Shown here one piece after another: positions 1 through 11,670 of a stretch of DNA of 64,000 bases (position 1 is its first letter; the number at the start of each line of letters is the position of its first letter). The notes beneath the pieces are model-generated. The model was not told where the DNA came from, searched no databases, and saw only the letters and a list, made by a program, of their open reading frames with translations. Made by a program: the position numbers and the translations under genes. The stretch is taken from NCBI RefSeq assembly GCF_009834535.1, contig NC_045697.1, positions 95,668,001 through 95,732,000 on the forward strand, read 5' to 3'. The stretch is from Camelus ferus (lineage: Eukaryota).

Positions 1-1071
1 GAGAACTACTGACCTCAAAATCATCCCAAAACACAATGCTCAAAAAAAGGAGATGCTACTAGGCCAGGATGAGAAGATGACAGCATCGGAGGTAGACAGC
101 TGAACCAAGACACAGGACCAGGCCTGCATACCTGTTACTTTGATAATTGCTCACACTTTCGCTTATGAACTACGTGTATTTCACAATCTTATGCAGAGTT
201 AAACTTAATCCAATTGTTAGTTTTATGGTTAATTACCTATAACCAGTACTCCTGGTTACCTTGGTGGGTTTCCCTACTCCAAGGCTGTAACTGGGTAGCC
301 CTTAGAAAATTTATTCTAGAAGAAATTGTAGTTCTGTTTAGACCACTACTGATATTACTAGGTGGGATCCCCTCACCTGGCCAATTAGTCATACCTGCTC
401 TGAGCCTGGCCATAAATACGAATTTTCTTTCTCAATCAAGACAACAGGCAAAATTTCAGCCTAAGAAAAGGCTCCCTTATGTTGGGAAAAATTAAATTAT
501 ACCAAGGATAGCCAGCCTAATAACACACTCAAAAATGTAATTGGGTGTCTTATGAACAATTTCTGTACAGCATCTTCCTTAAAGATAAGAATCGGTGCAG
601 AACAAATTAAGTCAGATGACCTAGGCATGCACTGGGCCACACCTAATAGACATTCTTCGCTTAAATTTACTTATGACCTTACTAATACTGCTAAGTATAT
701 TACTTGTATTTTGCCTACTTTACAAAATTTTTTCTTGCATTACCAAATGTGTGACTGTTCTCTGATAAAATAGTGACTTGGCGACTTGAAGTAGTAGACC
801 AGATACTACTGTATGAGACCAATGATTGTAATAGTGTAACTCTAGATATGGGAAGAAGCAATAAGAGGGAATGTGTTCCTGGACCATAAGAGACTAGTAA
901 GACAGGGGGTCCAGAGACTTTTTGCTACTGTTAATAAGGCCTGGTCCCATTTGAGTGGCCTGTCAACAAAATCCTCACCTAACCTAGGGATAATTATTCC
1001 TAACACCCTGGGACAAATGGTCTTGAAATACCTCCCAAATGATGGTTGAATTTATTACCATGAGGGGGCCC
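1..1071 (+). mobile_element. 3' internal region of an ERV1-class (MER4/MER41-group-like) endogenous retrovirus, non-coding and decayed; continues beyond the window start
   Basis: Ends in a purine-rich PPT-like tract (atgagggggccc, 1060-1071) directly abutting a TG...CA LTR; no intact env ORF. Confidence 0.65.
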
Positions 1072-1537
1072 TGATAACTAAACATTGGCACTTGCCAACA
1101 ACCTCTGCTTGGATTAAAATCAAGAGCTACTGCAGCCACTGACCTCCAACACACCCTGAAAGGAGTTCAGGATGGAGGTCAGGAATGAGGTGCTCTGGGA
1201 AAACTAGCTGAACAGGCCCTCAGATAGTTAAATATTTTCAGAAGATTTTATGGCCCCAATTCTTATGTCTCCTCATATCTAGAAAAGCACTAGAAAATCA
1301 TTAACAGTGACATCTGCTCCTTGTGACTAGCAGCAAGCCTCTGCCTATATGTGTGCTTGACTGACTGCATGTAACCCTCCTTCACAAAAATCCTGTATTA
1401 TACTCAGTTCCTCCCTGCTTCTTTGGAACAGTTTCTCAGCTATCTGAGATGCTGCCTCCCAAGCTGTAGTCCTCATTTTGCTCCAAATAAAACTTAACCC
1501 ACAACTCTCATATTGTGTGATTTTATTTCATTCAACA
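1072..1537 (+). mobile_element. ERV1-class 3' LTR
   Basis: Starts TGATAAC, ends TCAACA; AATAAA at 1486-1491; R/U5 motif gtttctcagctatctgagatgctgcctcccaagctgtagtcctcattttgctccaaataaaac typical of this LTR group. Confidence 0.8.
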
Positions 1538-3209
1538 CTTTCTGCAACTTTCTGAACTTATGATTTTAAGCCTACAAGTAAAATCTTAACAGTAATATTA
1601 AATACTAAAATTTGTTTAGTGGTTTGTGAACTTATGTTGCCATATGAAATGAAATACAAAATTACAAAAGTACATAATAAAATGAGGGATATCTGGAGTA
1701 AACTGAAAAGAGCTCTACAGAAGTTTCCATATTACTTAGGCAAAAAGGCAGTAGATTTACGTGATGCCTAATTTATGTCTACTGACTCCTTTCATATGTT
1801 ATGTGTACATATATATATTATATATTATAAATATGTCTATATTTTATGAATATGTACTTTTATGATCTAATAAGCTTTTTTTAAATCATTTTCCTATTTT
1901 TCTAGGAAATTAAACCCTTTCACTTTTTATTTACCTTCACTGTCTTATTTTACACTCCTCATAATTTCAACTAAAAAAAATTTGAACTGCAGCAAGTATT
2001 TTAACCTAAAATCTGTGCAGCTTTAAAAGACAATTCCAAACAATACACAAATGAGTGGAAATAGACACTTTTGTACTTTTACATGGACATTATTCAACAT
2101 TAGTTTTTTTTTTTCCTTATTACTACATTTGGGGGAAAAATCTTTAATGTATATCAATGCTCTTATGAGATTTAAATATCAACCTTAAAGAGAATAAATT
2201 GAATCACAATGCTGTTTATCATCACCTGAGTTTCACATACTTAAAATTCACTCCAGAGTAGTTACTAATAAAATTTGACATTTTATTAATATTATACATA
2301 CATTTCTTAGAACCTAATTTTCAACTCTGAATAATCATCAGCCGGATTAGCAATGATCTATATGGTACTTACTTTGCATCACTGCTGCTGAAGTCATTTT
2401 ATCATATGTTACCTAGAGATTGATTGCTTTTATTTGGACATTCACAGTTGAGAATAGAAATTAATAACTGAATGTGTATTCTTGGTTTTCTCAATGACTG
2501 ATTCATGAAGTAACTTAGAAACCCATGGGATATCAAATTGAACCTAATGAATTTTTCATTAGAGGTCCTATTATAAACTTTATCTTTTGAGTAAATACCT
2601 AAGTTAAAATCTAGCATTCACCAAGCAGCCTACTGTTCGTTCTTATGTTAATGAGGAGGCTAATTGCAAATTTCCCTAGGTAATCTCCGTGTCAATTATT
2701 CATGAACCACTGACAACAGACACGACATTTCCGAATGACAGCTCTAAATCCTTTTGCTTACAAGTTTTAAAACTTGCAGGGTGATTTAAAAGACTTTAAA
2801 CATAGAAGTTGCCAAAAGGAAGTTGAAAGGGAAAAGGAAAAAAAGAAAAAAAAAACTTCTGAAACTTTAAATTCTAAAATATATTAGCCTTAAACTCTAA
2901 ACTAACAACTCAGATATTCAGAAGCTTTAAGGGGAATAAAAAGAAAAAGCATTTCAATTTTCTCTTTTACTACATTGTTGGATTGATGTTCTTGAATAGA
3001 AAACATGCCATTCCAAAAGGATTTCATCTATTTGATGTACCTAATTACAGCTTTTTTTCTGAGTCACCAATAAGATTAAAAACATAAGAATGACAGAAAA
3101 ACATAAAAATACAGGAAAAGAGAAAAGTCCCCAAGGAAAAATCTAGTTCAGTACCAGAAAAAATACATTTTAGATAGTCAAGGAAGATTGAAGAGGGAGG
3201 GCACTGACT

Positions 3210-5150
3210 TAATTTAAAATTTTTTTTCTATTGTTGTGTTAATATTTTTCTTATCAGTATTTTATTAAAATTTCACATATGATAGTAAGCATTTTCTTGT
3301 TCTGTCAGTATTTTGTCATAAATATAACAAATTATTTATAACCTAAATTTTGGCTTCTTCCTTTGTTAAAATTTTAAACTTCAAACTTTATTTATATAGA
3401 GAGCCCAGAAATAAGCCCACGAACTTTTGGTCAATTAATCTTTGACAAAGGAGGCGAGAACATACAATGGAATAAAGACAGTCTCTTCAGCAAATGGTTT
3501 TGGGAAAACTGGACAGCTGCATGTGAATCAATGAAGTCAGAACACTCCCTCACACCATACATAAAAATAAACTCAAAATGGCTTAAAGACTTAAACATAA
3601 GACAAGACACTACAAACCTCTTAGAAGAAAACATACGCAAAATGTTATCTGACATACATCTCAGCAATGTTCTCCTAGGGCAGTCTACCAAGGCAATAGA
3701 AATAAAAGCAAAAATAAACAAATGGGACCTAATTAAACTTATAAGCTTTTGCACAGCAAAGGAAACCATAAGCAAAACTAAAAGACAACCCATGAAATGG
3801 GAGAAAATATTTGCAAAAGATGAGACTGACAAGGGCTTAATTGCCACAATATATAAACAGCTCACACAACTTAAGAAAACAACCCAATCCAAAAATGGGC
3901 AGAAGGCCTAAGCAAGCAATTCTCCAATGAAGACATACAAATGGCCAATAGGCACATGAAAAAATGCTCAATATCACTAATTATCAGAAATGTAAATAAA
4001 AACTATAATGAGGTATCACCTCACACCAGTCAGAATGGCCATGATTAAAAAGTCCACAAATAATAAATGCTGGAAAGGCTGTGGAGAAAAGGGAACCCTC
4101 CTACACTGTTGGTGGGAATGTAGCTTGGGGCAGCCATTATGAAAAACAGCATGGAGACTCCTTAAAAGACTAAAATCAGACTCACCATATGATCCAGCAA
4201 TCCCACTCCTAGGCATATATCCAGAGGGAACCTTGATTCAAAAAGACAACTGCACCCCAATGTTCACAGCAGCACTATTTACAATAGCCAAGACATGGAA
4301 ACAACCTAAATGTCCACTAACAGATGAATGGATAAAGAAGGTGTGGTATATTTATACAATGGAATACTACCCAGCCATAAAAAAGAATAAAATAATGCTA
4401 TTTGCGGCAACATGGATGGACCTGGAGATTGTCATTTTAAGTGAAGTAAGCCAGAAAGAAAAATACCATACAATACCACTTATATGTGGAATCTTTAAAA
4501 AAAAAAAAAAAACTTATTTACAAAACAGAAACAGACTCAGACATAGAAAACAAACTTACAGTTACCAGTGGAGAAGGAGGTGGGAAGGAATAAATTGGGA
4601 GTTTGAGATTTGCAGATACTAATATATATATGTATATTATATACCTATAATAGAGAAACAAGTTTATACTGTATAGCACAGAGAACTGTATTCAGTATCT
4701 TATAGTAACTTGGTGAAAAAGAATATGAAAATGAATATATGTATATTTATGTATGACTGAAGCATTCTGCTGTACACCAGAAATTGACAACATTGTAAAT
4801 TGACTATACTTCAATAAAAAAACCTATTTAAAATTTGTAATTCAGTACTCTACAGTTCCTGCTATATTTATTGTTTAAAAGAATTCTTGCACTATCACAT
4901 AAATACTAATGTATGTTTATCCTAGGTTTTCATGTTCCATGTATTATTAGTATTATAACAGATTTACTTAAATGTATAGTATGATAAAATTCTTATTAAG
5001 TACTTAATGAATTTTGATAGCAGTTTATTGAATAGTCTTTTCATTCCATAATGATAGAAATATGAAAGTAATTTATGAATTTTACAGATATACTGGAATG
5101 TATTTTGAGTTTTTAAAAATATTCTCCATTTATGTGACTTTGGAGAATTT
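3210..5150 (-). mobile_element. Very old antisense L1 (L1M/L1ME-like) ORF2 remnants, interrupted by the younger L1 at 3397-4822
   Basis: T-rich degenerate matches to antisense L1 ORF2 on both sides of the younger insertion (e.g. agcagtttattgaatagtcttt). Confidence 0.4.
3397..4822 (+). mobile_element. 5'-truncated LINE-1 (ORF2 C-terminus, 3'UTR, A-tail)
   Basis: ORFs 3531-3911 (LTPYIKINSKWLKDLN) and 4233-4622 ([22 protein letters not shown]) are L1 ORF2 C-terminal motifs; ends gactatacttcaataaaaaaa; imperfect TSD aaactttattta (3383-3394) / aaacctattta (4820-4830). Confidence 0.95.
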
Positions 5151-5169
5151 TGTGAACACTAGTATATAA

Positions 5170-6150
5170 ATGGAATGTCTTCCCCTCCTTTTCCACCATC
5201 AGATTTTTATTTTGAAAGATGTTTTTCTTTGTTGTTGTAGTATTGTAGTAATTTTTTTTTTCCAGGAGGAAATGTCTCTAATCTCAATAGAGGTATCAAG
5301 TATAATTGTATTTAAATTTTCTTTTTCTTAATTAGATCTTCTTTCTCATCTTAGTCACTTTTTGAGCTGTTAGTTCTCCCTGAAAGGGCAATGAGTCTTA
5401 ATATTTTGTTGAGAGTCATGTACAGTCGGTGGTGTGAGTTTCCTCTTTTGTTGAGCAGGCATATTTCAGATGGTTTAGTCCAAGGGAGAACTGAGTGTAT
5501 ACTTATAAGGTATGTGGATTAACAAGCATCACTTTACAGTGAAAAAAGTAGTTGTAAGGCATTCAGACTGCCTCTGCTTGCCATCATGGAGAAAGTACGA
5601 AGGAATTCCCTCCAGGATAACAGCATCCATTGTAGAGAGCCTAGTTCTCTGCAGGGAGACCATTCAGTTCTTCAGGGAGCGGTTCTTCTGCTTCTTTTGG
5701 GGAATAGAAATAGCACTGACAAATGTTCCTCTTACAGAGGAAGGCGGAGGACAGGGAGTGACAACACTAGAGGATGTAACTAGCCCCACTGTTCCAGACA
5801 TTCCTTCAGTTTATTTCCATGATGACAGTCCTTCATTTTCTTAATTTTAGAATTGATGTAGGTATTTCAATCTTGAAGTCTACATGCTCAGGCAGAAAGA
5901 TCAATTTCTACATGTTCTGTAGCCTTCCTCAGAATTGTTCTTGAATATATAACTATAAATACATACACACATTCATACATATCCATACGTATCTTCAGTC
6001 CTGATCTGGAAAGTGGAGTCCTTCTCAGACCCATAAAGAGCTTTGTTCACCTTACGGCTTTTTCAGATTCTTGGCTATTATGGAAGCATTTCTTTTGGGT
6101 ATCTCTGTTGCCACTTCAAAGGGATTTGGAGAGCTGGGGGAGTGCTCAAT
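5170..6150 (-). mobile_element. Ancient HAL1/L1M-like 5' region, antisense
   Basis: Degenerate resemblance to HAL1-type 5' sequence (gggagaccattcagttcttcagggag...; gccacttcaaagggatttggagagctggggg); explains ORFs 5512-5844 and 5586-5783 as incidental. Confidence 0.4.
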
Positions 6151-6784
6151 TGTTAGTTTTATTCTGTATGCTTTCAGTCTAGTCCCAAAGCAGGAATTGC
6201 AAAGCCTTCTTTCACGATTATTCTCTTTATCTACCTTTTTTTATCCAAATATATATATCCAAGAATAAATATGGACAATAATACTTACACTGGCAAGAAT
6301 GAATATTTCTTTCTTCCCTTTTGTCTTAATTAGATAAGGAGGGAGGGGGATAAGAGGTAATTGAATTAAATCTATCCTAAGTGACAAAAATCCAGGTAAT
6401 GACTACACACACCCGTGTATTTTAATATAGATTTTGGAAACAAAAAATATGTTGGGCAGTATACATATGTGTTGTGTTTCAACACAATGCTTTTTACTCC
6501 AATCATACCAAATTACTCATCATTTTTTATTCATGTCATAATGTTTCACATTTCTGCACTTTTGCATAAGAACCTCATACAGAAAAGCTATCTAGCTCTC
6601 TTACACCTAATTTATCTCATCCTAAAACTTCTGGAATGTCACCAAAAATAAACATACTCCCCACAAATGTACACAGTTTCGGGGGGAGTTGTTTTGTTTT
6701 TAAACTATTTAAAGCATATTGTCCAGTGTCCTGGAGTTGCCTGATTTTTTTTTTTTCCTGATTCATACATTCTTAGGCCCACAT

Positions 6785-6870
6785 CTTGATTGATTTTGTG
6801 GCACTAGCGCCTGCTTGGTGCTTCATACACAGTGATCTTCGATAAGTTTGTGTTGAGTAAGTGCATCGAT
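6785..6870 (+). mobile_element. L2 3' end fragment
   Basis: cactagcgcctgcttggtgcttcatacacagtgatcttcgataagtttgtgttgagtaagtg resembles the L2 tail. Confidence 0.45.
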
Positions 6871-7814
6871 TGTGCTGCTATTCTTGATCACTCATTTCTG
6901 TCTGTACCCATGTCCACAGGTTCTTGCAGTCTTGGTCACTTTCCTTGTTACCCCCTGCACCTCGATGCCTGCATTTGCCAACTGTTTGATAAATCTCCTG
7001 ACCACAGTAATGCTTCAGTGTGACTCTGGCACAGTTCTGGTTCTCTCCACCTCTTGTCTCAGTGTTACACTTTCCTTTTGCCCAACTACTCATTAATAAT
7101 TCTCAGGGCTTTGGGGAATTTAACCTTTGGCCTTGGAACCACAGCTTTAATTACCTCACTCTTCACATTAATGGTCTTCCAGGGAGCGCTCAGTGACCAC
7201 AGAGCTACAAGGTCTCGCACTTTTCAGTTTGTGTACTCATGTCGATTTATGAAACACCCTGACGACCGAGACCAGAGAGCAAAATGGCTACTGTGTCTGT
7301 GTTTACTATAGTGTCTATGGTAGAAAAATACTGAAGCAAAAGACCTCACATGTTCAGTTTAAGACACGTCCTCATCTAATTCTTCCCATCTTCTTTCTCC
7401 TTAGACATTGGAGCATATGCATATCCACACACAAGCACACTCCCTTTTGCATACTGTATTTTTTATAAAGAAGTAATACAAATGAGTGATGTGTGTTTGT
7501 GGATGTGCAGTTGTTTAATGACAAAAGAAACTGTGCCCTGAAGAAGAGCGATGGATTCATTACGATTGTCACACCTCTTACCTCTCTGGAATTTGGTTCC
7601 CAGTTAACCTCTCCTCTGCTACAAGCAAGGTTAAAGTGTTAATTATCAAACTACTAATAACAGTAGTAGTAAAAGTCCTCTAACTCTTTCTTTTAATAAA
7701 CCTGTTACAGTGACATTATGATGATATGACGTTTTATGATATAAAGTTTTATGATATAAAGTTAGGTGGGTGTTAATGTGAAGTGCATGGGATAAGGCGT
7801 TATTGCTCAAATAT

Positions 7815-7905
7815 GTATCTTTGGGGAATTTTCCTAACTCTACCTCTGTTTCTTCATCTGACCAACTGAGATGATTATAATAACACTCTTCACACAGGGT
7901 AACTC
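7815..7905 (+). mobile_element. MIR core fragment
   Basis: ctttggggaattttcctaactctacctctgtttcttcatctgaccaactgagatgattataataac matches the MIR core. Confidence 0.6.
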
Positions 7906-7984
7906 AAGGAACACAAAATCATTCCAAGGGAAACCCAGCCAGGAATTATGGCAAAGAAAGCAATTTTCAGATACTGACCCCCTT

Positions 7985-8465
7985 TGTGGGGTCAACTGGC
8001 ATCCTTCAAAGTCCAGTGATCCCCCATTCCTGGGCTCTCAGGTGTCTGCCTGCGATCCCTCAAAAGATAAAGTACATTATTTACCGGATGTGTTTGCTCT
8101 AACAAACCAGTAACCCAGGTAATGCCTAATCTCACAATAGCTCAGGCTGGCTTGTTTCAGCCCACACCTCCACATTATTAGTCGTAAACCCCACTGCCCT
8201 TCATGAACCCAAAACTTCTTACCTCTCCTACAACCAATCAGAGACTTGTGCTTGCACGCAGCTCCCAACCCAGTGTGTTCCCCAACGCCTTACCCATAAA
8301 AGGCCTCAACAACTGACCCTCAGTGTTCACACAGGCACCTCCCATCTGTGTGGCCTGCTGGTGTCTATGGCAGCACAACCTAATCAACTCCTTTTCTATT
8401 TTCATTATTTGTCTTTGGTGAATTATTTTACCACCCATGACACTGACCTGCCTTGTTCCCTGACA
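7985..8465 (+). mobile_element. Solo LTR, ERVL class (MER74/MER73-like)
   Basis: TG...TGACA termini; CCAAT (caaccaatca), TATA-like ccataaaagg, U5 end ggtgaattattttaccacccatgac; TSD imperfect (ccctt/gccct). Confidence 0.65.
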
Positions 8466-8668
8466 GCCCTGAAGTACTGTTTTCTAAAAGTCACCGACTG
8501 AGAAGTTGCCTGTGATTAAGTCCTCCTATGGGTTCTCCTTTCTCATCTGCTGTTTCACAACATCCTTGCTTATACCTTGGAATCTCGAACTCCTCACCCA
8601 TGTGGAATCTTACCTCTTTATACTTGACTCTGGGTGCAAAAACGTTAGGTCACTAAAAGAGGCAGTGG

Positions 8669-11661
8669 GGTTCAAGATGGCAGAATGGAAGGACATGGAG
8701 CTTACCTCCCCAACAAAAACATCAAAAATACATCCACATGTGGAACAATTATCACAATACCTCTAAACTCTGGCAGAGTATCTTACACTAGCAACGCTAC
8801 AAAAAAAATCTCCATGTAAATGGCTAGGACCAAAACAAACAAACAAACAAACAAAAAACAAACAAACAAAAAAACAGAAATGGGACAGGGGCTGCACCAC
8901 CAAGAGGGAGCAATGAAAGAGGTAAAGGTCTCTCTCCCTGGGAAGCTCCTGCACCAGCAGGTAGATCATCTGGGATGGAAAGGTAGCCTCAAAAACTCAG
9001 AAGAGAGCACAGTAGTTGCTTCCCAAAAGAATAGAGAAACAGATGCAGCAGATCTGGGCCACCGTACTGGGCTCCCCAGCCCAAGATGTGAGCCTGCAGG
9101 TACTTTGGGGAAATTTTCCTAAACTCTACCTCTATTTCCTCATCTGACAAACCTGAGATGGTTATAATAGCAATCTTCACACATGGTAACCCAAAGAAAC
9201 ACAAAGTCATTCCAAGAGAAACTCAGCTAGGAACTGTCACAAAGAAGGCAATTTTCAGATGCTTTGGCTTCAGAGAACAGAAGCAGGGAGAGGACTCAGG
9301 CTCGCTGTGTGGACACAGCCTGAAGGGGCTAGAGCGTGGTACAGGCTGAGAGCAGGAACGTGCAAAGGAGCTGGGTCCACACATGAAGGTAGAGTGTGAC
9401 CCCACCATAGCCACCTGTCTCAGCCTGCACATACCCACAGCTAACATCACACTCAATGGTGAAAAGCTAAAAGCTTTTCCACCAAGATCAGGAACAAGAC
9501 AAGGATGCCCACTCTCATCACTTTTATTCAGCATAGTTTTGGGAGTCCTAGCTGCAGCAATCAGAGAAGAAGAGGAAAGAAAAGAAGTCCAAATTGGAAA
9601 AGTGGTAAAAACTGTCACTCTTTGCAGATGACATGGCACTATATACATAGAAGATCCTAAACACACTACCAGAAACTACTAGAGCTCAAAGAACTGGTAA
9701 AGTTGCAGGATACAAAATTAATATGCAGAAATCAATTGCATTTCTATACCCTAACAATGAAATATCAGAAAGAGAAATTAAAGAAACAATCCCATTTATC
9801 ATCACAGCAAAAAGAATAAAATATCTAGGAATAAACCTACCTAGGGAGGAAAAAGACCTGCACTCCAAAAACTATTAAGACATTGATGAAAGAAACTGAA
9901 GACAACACTAACAGAAGAAAAGATTTACCATGTTCTTGGAGTAGAAAAACGAGTATTCTTAAAATGGCCATATTGCCTAAGGCAATCTACTGATTCTGTA
10001 TAATCCTTATCAAATTACCAATGGCATTTCTCAAAGAACTGAAACAAAAATGATTAAAATCTGTATGGAAACACAGAAGAACTTGAATAGCCAAAACAAT
10101 CTTGAGAAAGAAGAATGCAGCTGAAGCAATCATGCTCCCTGAATTCAGACTATCCTACAAAGCTACAGTAATCAAAACAGTATGGTACAGGCACAAAAAT
10201 AGACACATAGATCAATGGAACAATATAGAAAGCCCAGAAATAAACCCACACACTTATGGTCAATTAATCTATGACAAAGGAGGAAAGAATATACAATAAA
10301 GAGTCTCTTCAATAAGTGGTGCTGGAGAATTGGACAGCTACACATAAAAGAATGAAATTAGAACATTCTAAAACACCTTATACAAAAATAAACTCAAAAC
10401 GGATTAAACACATAAATAAGCATAATACTGGATACTACAAAAGGTCTAAAAGAAAACGTAGGCAAAAACACTCCTTGTTGTAAATTGCAGCAATTTTTTT
10501 TTCAATCTTTCTCCTAGAGTAATGGAAATAAAAGCAAAAAATAAGCAAATGGGACCTAATTAAACTTAAAGCCTTTTGCACAGCAAAGGAAACCATATAC
10601 AAAATGAAAAAACAACCTACAGAATGATAGAAGATTTGCAAATAATGACAATGACAAGGGATTAATTTCCAAAAATATAAATAGCTCATACAGCTTAATA
10701 TCAAAAAGAAAAAAAAAGCCAAACAACTCAATCAGAAAAATCAGAGAACTATCTATGTAGGTCTTCTGCCCAAGAAGACATACAGATGGCCAACAGGCAC
10801 AAGAAAAGATGCTTAATATCTATAAGTATCAGAGAAATGCAAATCAAAACTACAATGAAGTACCACCTCACACCAGTCAGAATGGCCATTATTAAAAACC
10901 ACACAAAGAAGAAATGCTGGAGAGGTGTAGAGGAAAGGTAACCTTCCTACATTGTTGGTGAGAGTGTAAAATGGTGCAGCCACCATGGAGAATAGTATGG
11001 AGGCGCCTTAAAAAAACTAAAAATAAGGTTACCATATGATCCAGGAATCCCACTCCTGTGCTTTTATCTGGAGAAAACTAATTTGAAAAAAACATATGCA
11101 CCCCAATATTCATTAAGCACTACTTATAATAGTCAAGACAATAAAGCAACCTAAATATCTATTGACACATGAATGGATAAAGAAGATGTGGTGTGTATGC
11201 ACATACACACACACAAATATTACTTAGCCATAAAAAAGAATGAAATAATGCCATTTGCAGCAACATATATGGACCTAGAGATTATCATTTTTGGTGAAGT
11301 AAGTCAGACACAGAGAAACACGTATCATATGAAATCACTCGTATGTGGAATCTAAAAAATAATATAAACAAACTTATTTACAAACCAGAAATGGACTTAC
11401 AGACACAGAAAACAAACTATACTTAACAAAGGGCAAAGGGATGTGTGTTGGGGGGAAATTAGGAGTTTGGGATTAACATACACACACTTCTATATACAAA
11501 ATAGATAAATGACAAAGACCTTCTGTATAGCACAGGGAACTATATTCAGTATATTGTAATAACCTATAATGGAAAAGAATCTGTAAAAGAATATATATAT
11601 GTGTATGTATAAATGAATCATTCTTCAGTACACTTGAAACTAACACAACATTGTAAATCAA
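8669..11661 (+). mobile_element. LINE-1 copy A: 5'UTR (8669-9430) fused directly to the RT-to-3'UTR half; ORF1 and endonuclease deleted
   Basis: Starts with ttcaagatggc, the YY1-type L1 5' start; jumps at ~9431 into RT ([26 protein letters not shown]); FADD codons at 9621-9632; 3'UTR ends acacaacattgtaaatcaa. Confidence 0.9.
8833..8875 (+). repeat. (AAAC)n microsatellite inside the L1 5'UTR
   Basis: Direct reading. Confidence 0.85.
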
Positions 11662-11670
11662 AAAACTAAC

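Noticed and set aside
3431..3892. 153-aa minus-strand ORF, and similar hydrophobic ORFs at 10435-10731, 13721-14008 and 34394-34714
   Set aside because: Antisense frames of L1 ORF2, a common source of spurious membrane-protein-like ORFs.
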